Shown here: positions 41,442-51,150 of the stretch, one piece after another | Layout: every line of letters starts with the position of its first letter | Position numbering within the stretch: position 1 is the first letter of the stretch | Assembly (NCBI GenBank): GCA_029981435.1 | Contig: JARRBB010000001.1 | Location: 1,691-65,690, forward strand | DNA: 64,000 bases | Origin: Thermotogaceae bacterium | Lineage (GTDB): Bacteria > Thermotogota > Thermotogae > B21-G9 > HyVt-16 | Direction of reading: 5' to 3' | The notes under the pieces: model-generated | Database searches by the model: none | Seen by the model: the letters and a program-made list of their open reading frames with translations, nothing else | Told to the model about the DNA's origin: nothing | Made by a program: the position numbers and the translations under genes

Positions 41442-42510
41442 CTCCTTTCAAGAAAACCTTCTCCACATAATCCGATGTCATACACCTTAACAAAGCACTG
41501 TAATTGAGTAAAAAAGACATTTTGTCACCAATTTTATAGTCAATACTGGATTCGTTAATATCAACAATCAAATGATCGCTACTGGCATGGAGAATCCTTG
41601 CTTTTTCGTCGAGAGGATAAATACCTTTTGAGTCAATGTCCTGTTCTCCTATTGCGAGTATTGCACGTTTAATTTTTCCTTTATCTTCAAATTTTGGGAT
41701 TCTTCCCAGGGAATCTCTTCCAGTTTCTCCTAAAGGAACAGAAGGTTTTACTTTGATTTCAACGATTTCTGCTTCCAGGATAAAGGTTTCTCTGTTTAAG
41801 TAATCTATGATTCTGTTGTTTGTTGCGTCAGTTCCAAGCATTATTGCTTCTCCTATTCTGTATTGGTTTATTTCTTCAGGAAGTTCGTTTCTCTCTATAA
41901 GTGGAAGAGCCGCGGTATTACCAGCGGAAACTATTTTTACTTTTACTCCATTATTTTCAAGAAACCTTTTGATCTCTATGAGTTGCTCCATTTTTTCTCT
42001 GGTTGGTATTACCCCTCCATAACATCCGAGATTTGTACCGATTCCTACAAATTCTATACCTTCCAATTTACTGGCTTCGATTATTTCATCCAGACTATCT
42101 TCAAGCCAAACACCTTCTCTCAAATCGCCTATATCTATCATGTATATGACTTGTTTCTTTAAACCTGCGGATTTAGAAAATCTGGAGATGGCTTCCACTA
42201 CTTTGAATTCTGATACCAGGAAAATATCCACCAATTGAACAGCTTCTTCAATTTCACTGAGCATTGGAATCCTCAAAAGCATGAATCTACTTTCAACACC
42301 CGCTTCTTTCATTAATTTTATGTTTTTCAATCTCGAATCACCGAGTATTTTTATTCCGGAATCTACAAGAAGTTTTGCTATAACTGGATTACCACAGGTT
42401 ACTTTGGTTACACCAACAACTTCTACTCCAAATTTTGAACAGATGGAAACGATAGACCTTACATTTTCTCTTATCTTGTTGAGATTTATTATCAATCTTG
42501 GATATCTCAT
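41425..42510 (-). CDS. Alanine-racemase-fold PLP enzyme, putative broad-specificity/lysine racemase (TM1597-like)
   Basis: 361 aa with the TIM-barrel PLP-binding pattern of alanine racemase N-terminal domain proteins. The size and pattern match the Thermotoga lysine racemase family. Confidence 0.55.
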   Translation of the reverse strand: MRYPRLIINLNKIRENVRSIVSICSKFGVEVVGVTKVTCGNPVIAKLLVDSGIKILGDSRLKNIKLMKEAGVESRFMLLRIPMLSEIEEAVQLVDIFLVSEFKVVEAISRFSKSAGLKKQVIYMIDIGDLREGVWLEDSLDEIIEASKLEGIEFVGIGTNLGCYGGVIPTREKMEQLIEIKRFLENNGVKVKIVSAGNTAALPLIERNELPEEINQYRIGEAIMLGTDATNNRIIDYLNRETFILEAEIVEIKVKPSVPLGETGRDSLGRIPKFEDKGKIKRAILAIGEQDIDSKGIYPLDEKARILHASSDHLIVDINESSIDYKIGDKMSFLLNYSALLRCMTSDYVEKVFLKGDDPSG

Positions 42511-42872
42511 TTTTCAACTACCACCACCGCTACAGCATAATTTTTTTCATGAGTTATTGATATATGAAAATTCGAAAGTCCCAGTTGTTCCATTAAAGTT
42601 TTTGAATCACCTTGAATCAATATTTCAGGGTTCCCCATCTCTTTATCGTAAACAATCTGTACTTCTTTAAAAGAGATTTTTCCAATTCCTAATTTTAACG
42701 CTTTGAAAAAAGCTTCTTTTGCCGCGAATCTTCCAGCAAGAAATTCCTTTTTTCTATCAGGTTTTTTTAATTCATGATAAATTTGAAGTTCCTTTTCACC
42801 GAGTATCTTTTTAGATAATTCAAAATCTACTCTGCTTATATCAACTATATCGATTCCAATACCATAAATCAT
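42507..42872 (-). CDS. acpS: Holo-[acyl-carrier-protein] synthase
   Basis: 121 aa beginning MIYGIGIDIVDISR. Confidence 0.9.
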   Translation of the reverse strand: MIYGIGIDIVDISRVDFELSKKILGEKELQIYHELKKPDRKKEFLAGRFAAKEAFFKALKLGIGKISFKEVQIVYDKEMGNPEILIQGDSKTLMEQLGLSNFHISITHEKNYAVAVVVVEK

Positions 42873-42876
42873 ATTA

Positions 42877-44964
42877 TTACCTCAGTTCCAAAGTTACTTC
42901 ATCTCCAGGATTCAACGGATCCATAAATCCAACATGAACACCATTAACTTTTATTTCAAAGTCTTTCAAACCATCGATATCAAGATCCAGGAACCTGAAA
43001 ATGTCTACGACCTTTGGCTGAATTTCAACAGTTTTAATATCGATAACCGCTCCTTCTTCTAAAGGTGCATCTAAATCCGCTCTTTTACCGTTTACAAGTA
43101 TTTCGTACTCTACAACGGGTATCGACACTTCTTCACCATTTATGGTTATTTTGACAACTTTTGAATTCTTTTGAAATCTTGAATCTTCTATAATGTCTCT
43201 TATTCTTTTTTCTCTTTTTTCGATTTTTATATCCAGATTATCGGCTAAAACTACATCTGGTGCGAGTTTTTTTCCGTTGAGATATACTTCAACATCGTAC
43301 AGAGGAATTTCCTTTATTTCGCCATTTATCGTTAGAGTGACGGTCTGCTTTGAATATTCAGCTATTATTTCACTCACTTTTAAACTTTTTTCATAGGTGA
43401 TTCTGTCGTTATCCCTTACAACATAATCCAGATTTTCTTGTTTACCATTAACGTACACCTCTGGATAAAACTCTTTTAACTCACCGTTCACTGTTAGTTT
43501 TATAGGTTCGATCACATCTTTCAATTTAAGTGATGGTGGCAGTCCATTTTCAGGCTTTCCAATTTCAATAATATCACCATTATTCACTATTGTACGCAGA
43601 GAGGCTCTTTCCTTGTTGACGAAAACAGGGGCCTCCTTGCCAAGACTACCTTTTCTGACAACGACCTCACCATTGACGTTGAAAGTTATGCCAGGACCAG
43701 GCTTACCGATTAATTCTTCTATTTTGTAACCAAGTTGAAGTAATGCTTGCAGTACTGTCATAGAAGGATCGAGTCCCAACAGGTAAACATCTTTGTCGTT
43801 AACGGTAACCTTTGTGAATATTCTTGCAATTCCTTTACTACAGGTATAGGCTATTCCAACCGGTGTGATAAATTCACTACCTTTCAAAGAACCTGTTGAA
43901 TCCTCTACTATATGAAGATCTTCAATATTTTTCAGTGCTACTCTACTTCTTGGAAGGCCAAGTTTTTGTGACAATCTTTCAGCGAATCCTGGTATTTTAG
44001 CACCACCACCCACAATCATTACAGCAGCGGGAGGTTTGCCATTTAATTCCATGATTTGTTCGACTATTTCTGTGACGATGTCTTCCAGAACGGGTGATAT
44101 TGATTTCAAGATTTCTTCTTTTGATATTTTCAATTCATTACCAAGAATGTCTCTTACCGTGAATTCATCTTTCACATTCAATTCTCTTTTTACAGATTCT
44201 GCACTGTTAAAGTCCAAAAGAAAATCAGAGCTTATTTTTTCACTTATCTCATCACCAGCTTTGGGTACCATACCGTAGGCAATTATAGTACCATCTCTCG
44301 AAACAGCTATATCACTTGTCCCTGCTCCAACATCAACGAGGACCAAATTCAATCTTCTCAAATCAATGGGAACGGTAAGTTCAACAGCTGCGATGGGTTC
44401 TAAAGTCATGTGTTCGATTTCCAGACCAACGCTTTCAATGACAGCAAACATTGCATCAACAACGTGTGAAGGTAAGAAAGCCGCTATAACTTTTACTTCT
44501 GCTCTTCTACCTCTCTGATCCAGTAAACTTTTCATCCATTCACCGTCAAGAAAATAATGCAGTACAGAATATCCAACACAGTACATATCAAGATCTTCTG
44601 AATATTGTCTCATCTCTTCAATAGCGTTTTTTACAGCACCCATTTCAAGGTTTGAAATAACATCTTGGTCTATTCTTCTGTAATGTGAAACATCCATTTG
44701 GTTGTGCCCTACAACTGTTTTCAAAAATCTTCCTGCAAGAGCGACGGAGACTTTCTTAAGTTCCTGATTCGAACGTTTTTCAAGTTCTTTCTTGATTTCA
44801 TCAACCACCTCAGCAACTTTTCTTATATCGTGAATCTGTCCATCGAGCATCGCACGTTCTTTGTGTTCTTTTACTTCGAAATCCAGAACTTTTATTCTTT
44901 CACCTTCGAGCTCTGTTAGCAGTCCAATAACCGTTCTGGTACCTATATCAAGGGCAAAATGCAC
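42877..44964 (-). CDS. Actin-fold (FtsA/PilM/EutJ-like) ATPase fused to about five tandem ThiS/MoaD-like beta-grasp repeats
   Basis: 695 aa. The N-terminal roughly 390 aa carry sugar-kinase/actin motifs (ALDIGTRTVIGL, VLVDVGAGTSDIAV, MIVGGGAKIPG). The C-terminal roughly 300 aa consist of repeats, each like ..[ILV]T[IV]NGE.KE....V.VNGK....D.[VL]..D.D.I.I, for example TLTINGEIKEIPLYDVEVYLNGKKLAPDVVLADNLDIKIEK. This is the ThiS/MoaD signature. Confidence 0.6.
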   Translation of the reverse strand: MHFALDIGTRTVIGLLTELEGERIKVLDFEVKEHKERAMLDGQIHDIRKVAEVVDEIKKELEKRSNQELKKVSVALAGRFLKTVVGHNQMDVSHYRRIDQDVISNLEMGAVKNAIEEMRQYSEDLDMYCVGYSVLHYFLDGEWMKSLLDQRGRRAEVKVIAAFLPSHVVDAMFAVIESVGLEIEHMTLEPIAAVELTVPIDLRRLNLVLVDVGAGTSDIAVSRDGTIIAYGMVPKAGDEISEKISSDFLLDFNSAESVKRELNVKDEFTVRDILGNELKISKEEILKSISPVLEDIVTEIVEQIMELNGKPPAAVMIVGGGAKIPGFAERLSQKLGLPRSRVALKNIEDLHIVEDSTGSLKGSEFITPVGIAYTCSKGIARIFTKVTVNDKDVYLLGLDPSMTVLQALLQLGYKIEELIGKPGPGITFNVNGEVVVRKGSLGKEAPVFVNKERASLRTIVNNGDIIEIGKPENGLPPSLKLKDVIEPIKLTVNGELKEFYPEVYVNGKQENLDYVVRDNDRITYEKSLKVSEIIAEYSKQTVTLTINGEIKEIPLYDVEVYLNGKKLAPDVVLADNLDIKIEKREKRIRDIIEDSRFQKNSKVVKITINGEEVSIPVVEYEILVNGKRADLDAPLEEGAVIDIKTVEIQPKVVDIFRFLDLDIDGLKDFEIKVNGVHVGFMDPLNPGDEVTLELR

Positions 44965-44994
44965 TATTCATCACCTCTACATAAGCTTAAAAAC

Positions 44995-47310
44995 TCACTT
45001 AACCTCAACTATCGTAGCCCCTGTTCCACCCGCTTCTGGTGGTGCAAATTTAAAACTTCTAACTCTCGGGTCATTAACAAGGATTTCTCTAACCCGTTTC
45101 GCCAGCCTCAAAGTTCCTTTCCCGTGAATTATGTATCCTACATTTATATTGTTCAGAACCAGGTTATCTATGAACCTCTCGATAATATCTTCAATCTCGT
45201 CGGTTGACATTCCTCTAATGTCTATTTCTAACTTTTCTTTTGCTCTGGTGATACCTATCTTTGTCTTGTCGAATTCCGATATTTCACCGTTTACTTTTTC
45301 AAGCTTATCGATAGTTGTTTCAAATTTAATACCATTTATATCAACAATTGCTTTTTTGTCTTCCAGTTCTATTATTTTTCCTGTACTAGTTGTATTGATT
45401 ATTCTCACAAAATCTCCTGTTTTAAAATTTTTGAGCTCTTCATCTGTTCTGCCCAACAATTTGTCTCTTAAATTATCTACGAATCTTGGAGATATTTTTT
45501 GTATCTCTCTGTTTAATTTTTCCAATTCTTGAAGATTCTGAATTCTCCGTGCTTTTGAAACTGAGTTTTCTAAAAATTTTTTCACCATTTGAATTTTTGA
45601 AGCCAGTTCGTCTATCTCTTTTAGGAGCTCGTGAGTTTTGTTTCTCTTTAATTTCTCAATCTGTTTATTCAGATTCTCATTTTTTATTTCTAATTCTTCT
45701 TTAAGAGATTCTATTTCTTGTTTTTTTCTCTCAAGCTTTATCTTTTCTGTCTGGAGTTCATGAATTATAGAGTCGATGTTCTTGAGTTTGTTATCCATAT
45801 ACTTTTTTGAAGCCCGGAGTATTTCTTGGGGTATGCCGAGCCTTTTAGCAATTTCAATAGCTTGAGAACTTCCTGCTACTCCCATCATTATCCTGTAAGT
45901 AGGTTTCAAAGTTTCAATATCGAATTCTACCGCAGCGTTTACAAGTCTTGTATCTTCAAAAGCATAAAGTTTCAAAGGTGTAAGATGTGTTGTCACAATG
46001 ATCCTGGATTTTTTATTCAGGAAGTAGTTGATTATTGCAATTGCAAGCGCGGCTCCTTCAACAGGGTCTGTACCAGCACCGATTTCATCTATAAGAATCA
46101 GAGTTTTATCGTTGGCTATTTTCAACATTTCTATTATTTTCAGCATATGTGACGAAAAAGTACTCAAACTCTGTTCAATACTCTGTTCGTCGCCTATGTC
46201 CGCTTTCACATTCTCGAAAATCGATAGAACAGAACCTGGATCACAAGGAACAGGTATGCCGGCCATAAACATCAAAGTTAGCAGTCCCACCGTTTTCAAT
46301 GCCACGGTTTTTCCGCCTGTGTTGGGACCTGTAATGATTATTCCGTATTTATTCTTTTCAAGTTCAATACTTATTGGAACCACTTTCTTTTCGTCTATTA
46401 AAGGGTGTCTTGCGTTCACAAGTTTTATTATTCCTTCTGAATTGATCTCCGGTATCACCGCTCTTTTCTTTATTCCATACCGTGCACGTGCGTATAAAGA
46501 ATCAAAATATGAAATACTTTCAATCGTATAGATTATCTTCTTTTCTTTTTCTACAAGTAATTGCAGAACTTCTCTTATTATTCTTCTTTCTTCTTCCTTT
46601 TCATCGATTTCAAGCTGTCTTAATTTGTTGTTCAAGTCTATTATTTCTTCAGGTTCTATGTAAAGGGTCATGCCTGAGGATGAACTTGAAACCAACATAC
46701 CTTTAACTTCTTTACGTCTGGATGATTTAACCAGAAATATATATCTACCGTCTCTTTGGATGAAAGGTGGTTCTTGAAGAGAGTCTCTATATTTTCTGGA
46801 GAGTCTTTCAGCGAGATTCTTCAGGGATGAAATTGTTTTTTCAATCTCGTTTCTTATTTCTTTCAATCTTGGACTTGCAGAATTTTTTATAATACCGTCT
46901 TCATTTATACAGCTCGTTACTTTTTTGCAGAAATGATTTGCTTCCTCAACATCAGATAAAATACTCCAAATTTTGGGGTATTTGTTGCTCAGCTTTTCAT
47001 AAAATTTTTTCAGAGCATGAATAGCCAGAAAAAAATCACGAATTTTTAATATTTCGATAGGAGATAATAAAAACCCCTGGAATACTTTTTCAAATTGTTC
47101 TTTGAGATAGACAATACCACCGAGAGGTGGTTCACCATCGTATTGAAGTGCTTCAATCAGTTCTTGCACCTTTGAAAGCTCCTGTTCGGGTTTATAAGTT
47201 GGTAGTAATTTTTCAAGATATTCTTTTCCGTAATCCGAAAAACAGAAAGGTTTGATCAATTCTATAACTTTTTTATATTCAAGAACCTCTAAATCCATAT
47301 TCAATTCCAT
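44995..47310 (-). CDS. mutS2: Endonuclease MutS2 (MutS domains plus C-terminal Smr)
   Basis: Walker A GPNTGGKT and a C-terminal Smr domain (HGKGTLRLAKRV). I moved the start to ATG 47310 (MELNMDLEV) behind RBS AGGAGAG; the track ORF extends to 47355. Confidence 0.9.
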   Translation of the reverse strand: MELNMDLEVLEYKKVIELIKPFCFSDYGKEYLEKLLPTYKPEQELSKVQELIEALQYDGEPPLGGIVYLKEQFEKVFQGFLLSPIEILKIRDFFLAIHALKKFYEKLSNKYPKIWSILSDVEEANHFCKKVTSCINEDGIIKNSASPRLKEIRNEIEKTISSLKNLAERLSRKYRDSLQEPPFIQRDGRYIFLVKSSRRKEVKGMLVSSSSSGMTLYIEPEEIIDLNNKLRQLEIDEKEEERRIIREVLQLLVEKEKKIIYTIESISYFDSLYARARYGIKKRAVIPEINSEGIIKLVNARHPLIDEKKVVPISIELEKNKYGIIITGPNTGGKTVALKTVGLLTLMFMAGIPVPCDPGSVLSIFENVKADIGDEQSIEQSLSTFSSHMLKIIEMLKIANDKTLILIDEIGAGTDPVEGAALAIAIINYFLNKKSRIIVTTHLTPLKLYAFEDTRLVNAAVEFDIETLKPTYRIMMGVAGSSQAIEIAKRLGIPQEILRASKKYMDNKLKNIDSIIHELQTEKIKLERKKQEIESLKEELEIKNENLNKQIEKLKRNKTHELLKEIDELASKIQMVKKFLENSVSKARRIQNLQELEKLNREIQKISPRFVDNLRDKLLGRTDEELKNFKTGDFVRIINTTSTGKIIELEDKKAIVDINGIKFETTIDKLEKVNGEISEFDKTKIGITRAKEKLEIDIRGMSTDEIEDIIERFIDNLVLNNINVGYIIHGKGTLRLAKRVREILVNDPRVRSFKFAPPEAGGTGATIVEVK

Positions 47311-47448
47311 CGGGTTTTCTCTCCTGTAGACATTAATGTATAATAATTGTATCATACTGATTTAGTGTATACTGTTCAGAAACTATTTTAGGAATGATAT
47401 CAACGATAATAGAATTTTTCATTGAAAACAACTTTGGGAGGTCAAAAC

Positions 47449-48237
47449 TTGATAAATATAGACGAAGTTATTTCAAAGTATGTCGATTCTCCAAAACTTT
47501 TCGAAAAGGCTGTTGAAGACGTTGAAATATTTGGAGTTAGGGTCCTTGCTTCTAAAAGAGAAGATATATTGCACGAAATAGTTAAAATCCTTCTTTCAAA
47601 TAGAAAGGCATTTATAGTAACGCTGAATGCTCAAATACTCGATAGAGCACTGAGAGACAAAGAATATCTTAATATAATTAGAACAGCAGACCTGGTTGTT
47701 CCAGATGGTGAAGGAGTTGTGTGGGCTTCGAAAATACTTACCGGAAAAAAACTTCATAAAACTCCTGGAGTTGAGTTAATAGAGGACATATCGAGAGTGG
47801 TAACCTCTCTTAATAGAAGTATTTTTTTACTTGGCGGAAAAGAAGGAGTAGCCAAACTTGCAGGAAAAAGGTTGAATGAAAAATATGGAGTAAAGATTTC
47901 TGGAAGTTATCATGGTTTTTTTGACATTGAAGAAGAGGAAAGAATCGTACAGATTATAAACAGTACGAAAGCCGATGTTCTTTTCGTTGGGATGGGTGTA
48001 CCCAAGCAAGAAAAATTTATAATGAAGTACTGGGATTCTTTAAAGGTCAAAATTGCCATGGGGGTTGGAGGATCTTTTGATGTAATAAGTGGAGTGAAAA
48101 AACGTGCTCCAAAAACAATCATAGACTTGAAACTCGAATGGTTGTATAGGATATTTCAGGATCCTTTGAAAAAATGGAAAGTTCCCTTTGAACTTTTGCA
48201 CTTTGCTTACAGAGTTCTCAGAGAAAAGATGAGGTGA
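47449..48237 (+). CDS. WecB/TagA/CpsF-family glycosyltransferase
   Basis: Glyco_tran_WecB pattern (LNAQILDRA..., VPDGEGVVWASK, LLGGKEGVA). TTG start at 47449 behind RBS GGGAGG; the track ORF starts at an upstream TTG 47422. Confidence 0.75.
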   Translation: MINIDEVISKYVDSPKLFEKAVEDVEIFGVRVLASKREDILHEIVKILLSNRKAFIVTLNAQILDRALRDKEYLNIIRTADLVVPDGEGVVWASKILTGKKLHKTPGVELIEDISRVVTSLNRSIFLLGGKEGVAKLAGKRLNEKYGVKISGSYHGFFDIEEEERIVQIINSTKADVLFVGMGVPKQEKFIMKYWDSLKVKIAMGVGGSFDVISGVKKRAPKTIIDLKLEWLYRIFQDPLKKWKVPFELLHFAYRVLREKMR

Positions 48238-49571
48238 TAAAGTTGCTTATAACTAATGTGAACATATTTACTAACGACGATGAACTTGAACTTATCATAA
48301 AAAACGGCGCTATATTGATTATAGGTGATGAAATTATAGATGTTGGGAAAGAAGATATTCTGAAAAAAAGTTATCCCAGTGAAGAAATCTATGATGGGCA
48401 AGGAATGCTTGTTGTACCGGGGTTTGTGAATGCGTTCCTTGAAGTGAATCTTGCGTGTATAAATGCCCCTATTTTTTTTGATAAAAATTCATCAATATTT
48501 GAATATAACAAAAGCATGAAAAGAATACTTGAAAGTCTTACAGATGAAGAAACTCTTTATACTGTTTCACAATATCTTTCCTATGAGTCGATAAAAAATG
48601 GTGTCACAACGGTACTGGGAACATTTCTTGCTAAACCTTCCATTGAAGATCCCATTGAGATCTTTAGAAGTGGAATACAAACTTCCGGCATCAGAGCTTT
48701 TGTGGGTAGAGAACTGTGCGAAGTGAAACCTAAAAATCTTGAAAGAAGCCTGGGAAATATTTTAGAAAAGAGCAAGAAGTATGTAAATGATAATCATTTC
48801 AAAGTTAGTTTTCCCGTATCTTTTGTAGATTCTTTCAGCAATGATGTGTTTAAACTTCTGGATAATATTAAATATGAGGAATTATACAAGAAGATAATAC
48901 TTGATGATCCAATGTGGGAGAGAAAAGTGATTCTGGAAAAATTCGGAATGGATTTATTTGAGTTACTTAAGCTGCATAAAATAATAGATGATAAGAGTAG
49001 TATAATTTACAGCGGATTGATAGAGGATGCTGAAATAGATTTGATAGCTTCTCTTGATTTGAATGTGATATCAACACCAAGGACGCAATTCATATATGGA
49101 CTTGATCCGAGAAATATTGTTGAACTGCTGGGTAGGGGTATAAAAGTTGGTGGCGGTACAGGGCAACTTGGCTTTGATTTAATTGCAGAAGCGAAGGATA
49201 CTTATATATTCCAGAGACACATAAGAAAAACTGATAATGTTGCTGCTATTTATGAGTTAATAAAGATCTTTTTCAGAAACAATTATGAAATCGCCAGCGA
49301 GATTTTCAATATAAACGTTGGAAAAATAAAACCTGCTTACAAGGCTGATTTAGTTTTTCTGAATCCCAACGTTTCACTCGAATTCGACGAAGAATGGATT
49401 CACAGGGCTATAATATTTGAAATTCTTCAAAGGCATAACGTGGAAACGGTTTTCATTGGTGGAAAAATTGTAATGGAAAATGGTAAAATTAGAAATGTCG
49501 ATGTCGCAGAAATGTATAAAAGCATAAAAAAAGTATCCGAAAGATATATTCGTAATTTACTGCACAATTGA
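48234..49571 (+). CDS. Amidohydrolase-superfamily homolog with degenerate active site
   Basis: 445 aa. The N-terminal beta-sandwich and ...LVVPGFVN... match chlorohydrolase/deaminase-type amidohydrolases. The HxH metal motif is replaced by AFLEV. Later His/Asp ligand positions are also changed (STPRTQ, GGGTGQLG). Start overlaps the wecB stop. Confidence 0.6.
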   Translation: MIKLLITNVNIFTNDDELELIIKNGAILIIGDEIIDVGKEDILKKSYPSEEIYDGQGMLVVPGFVNAFLEVNLACINAPIFFDKNSSIFEYNKSMKRILESLTDEETLYTVSQYLSYESIKNGVTTVLGTFLAKPSIEDPIEIFRSGIQTSGIRAFVGRELCEVKPKNLERSLGNILEKSKKYVNDNHFKVSFPVSFVDSFSNDVFKLLDNIKYEELYKKIILDDPMWERKVILEKFGMDLFELLKLHKIIDDKSSIIYSGLIEDAEIDLIASLDLNVISTPRTQFIYGLDPRNIVELLGRGIKVGGGTGQLGFDLIAEAKDTYIFQRHIRKTDNVAAIYELIKIFFRNNYEIASEIFNINVGKIKPAYKADLVFLNPNVSLEFDEEWIHRAIIFEILQRHNVETVFIGGKIVMENGKIRNVDVAEMYKSIKKVSERYIRNLLHN

Positions 49572-49582
49572 GGTGAAAAGAT

Positions 49583-50476
49583 TTGGCACTGTTTGGCGGA
49601 AAATTTAAAAAAGGTCTATCTAAAACGCGTAATTCTTTTTTCAAAAGGATTTTTTCTATTCTCCGGGGTGGAAAATTATCTAAAGAGGATATAGAGGAAA
49701 TCGAAGAACTGCTCATTTCAGCTGACATTTCTATTGAAACGACTGAAAAACTTTTGAGTAGAATATTGGAGACTAAAAGCGATCCACTTTCTGAGCTCGA
49801 AAAAGCACTGGTCGAATTGCTTTCTGGCGATACTTCGTTGAATTTTCCAGCAATCCCTCCGATGGTTGTAAGTGTTGTTGGAGTAAATGGAACAGGTAAG
49901 ACCACCACTATAGGTAAACTTGCTCACTATATAAATAAAGAATATAAGAAAAGTATCGTCCTTGCAGCGGCAGATACATTCAGAGCGGCTGCTATTGATC
50001 AACTTAAAATCTGGGCTCAAAGAACCGGGGCAGATTTTATTGCTCATCAAATGGGTTCTGATCCTGGTGCGGTAGCCTATGATGCTGTAAATCACGCAAA
50101 GGCAACAGGAAAGGATGTCGTTATAATAGATACCGCTGGCAGACTTCATACCAAGTTTAACCTTATGAATGAATTGAATAAAATTCACAGAGTTGTTAAG
50201 AAGATAGTACCTGATGCGCCACACGAAGTTCTTCTGGTGGTGGATGCGACAACCGGACAGAATGGACTTGTCCAGGCACAGAAATTCAAAGAAGCTGTGG
50301 AGCTTACAGGGTTGGTTATAACCAAACTTGATGGAACCGCAAAAGGTGGAATTGCTGTCACTATAAAAGAAAAACTTGGAATACCTATAAAGTTTGTTGG
50401 ACTTGGTGAAAGTTTGGAGGACTTCGAAGTTTTCTCTGCGGAGAGCTTTGTGAAATCGTTGTTTGAAGAGGCTTAA
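49583..50476 (+). CDS. ftsY: Signal recognition particle receptor FtsY (short NG-domain form)
   Basis: GTPase motifs GVNGTGKTTT, DTAGR, TKLDG. TTG start behind RBS GAGGTGA. Confidence 0.93.
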   Translation: MALFGGKFKKGLSKTRNSFFKRIFSILRGGKLSKEDIEEIEELLISADISIETTEKLLSRILETKSDPLSELEKALVELLSGDTSLNFPAIPPMVVSVVGVNGTGKTTTIGKLAHYINKEYKKSIVLAAADTFRAAAIDQLKIWAQRTGADFIAHQMGSDPGAVAYDAVNHAKATGKDVVIIDTAGRLHTKFNLMNELNKIHRVVKKIVPDAPHEVLLVVDATTGQNGLVQAQKFKEAVELTGLVITKLDGTAKGGIAVTIKEKLGIPIKFVGLGESLEDFEVFSAESFVKSLFEEA

Positions 50477-50478
50477 AA

Positions 50479-51150
50479 ATGAAAGAATTCTGGACGAAAC
50501 ATATGAAGTGCCCTCTCTGTTCTGCACAATTCGAACAGGTAAAAGTTTTCAATGAGGTCGTAAGAATAGAATCTTACGATACTGATTTGAAACCTAATTT
50601 TGCAGGTATCAATCCGTTTTTTTATTCACTTACCACATGCAATAGTTGTTATTATACCGCATTTGAAGATGATTTTGATTCAATAATATCCCGTATTAAT
50701 TCTAACCAGCTATCAAAGTTGAAAAAAGTTTTGGGCATAGCTAGAAAAAGATTTAATATAAATCTTTCTGAGAACAGGGATATAGATGATGCAATAAAAA
50801 TACACAGTCTCGCTATTCTAACCTACGCAATTGCTGATATGAAGAGTAAGCTTGCAGAAATATATTTGAGATTAGCTTGGCTTTATAGAGATAAAAGTGA
50901 AAAAGAAAAAGAAGCGGTTGCTCTTACGAAGGCACTGGTGAACCTGGAAGAAGTTTTTGAAAAGGAAAAAAATATAGAGGCGGAAGATAGGATTATTTAT
51001 TTGATAGGGGAAATATATTTAAGGCTTGGGAAAATTGATAAAGCGCGTCAGTGGTTTTCAAAACTATTGGAGAACAGAAAATTTCAAGACAGTAAGTATT
51101 TCAAAATGGCAAGGGATAGATTATCTCTGTTAAGGGGTGCTAAAAAATGA
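50479..51150 (+). CDS. DUF2225 protein (zinc ribbon plus TPR-like region)
   Basis: N-terminal CPLC...CNSC zinc ribbon, then helical repeats typical of DUF2225. Confidence 0.55.
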   Translation: MKEFWTKHMKCPLCSAQFEQVKVFNEVVRIESYDTDLKPNFAGINPFFYSLTTCNSCYYTAFEDDFDSIISRINSNQLSKLKKVLGIARKRFNINLSENRDIDDAIKIHSLAILTYAIADMKSKLAEIYLRLAWLYRDKSEKEKEAVALTKALVNLEEVFEKEKNIEAEDRIIYLIGEIYLRLGKIDKARQWFSKLLENRKFQDSKYFKMARDRLSLLRGAKK

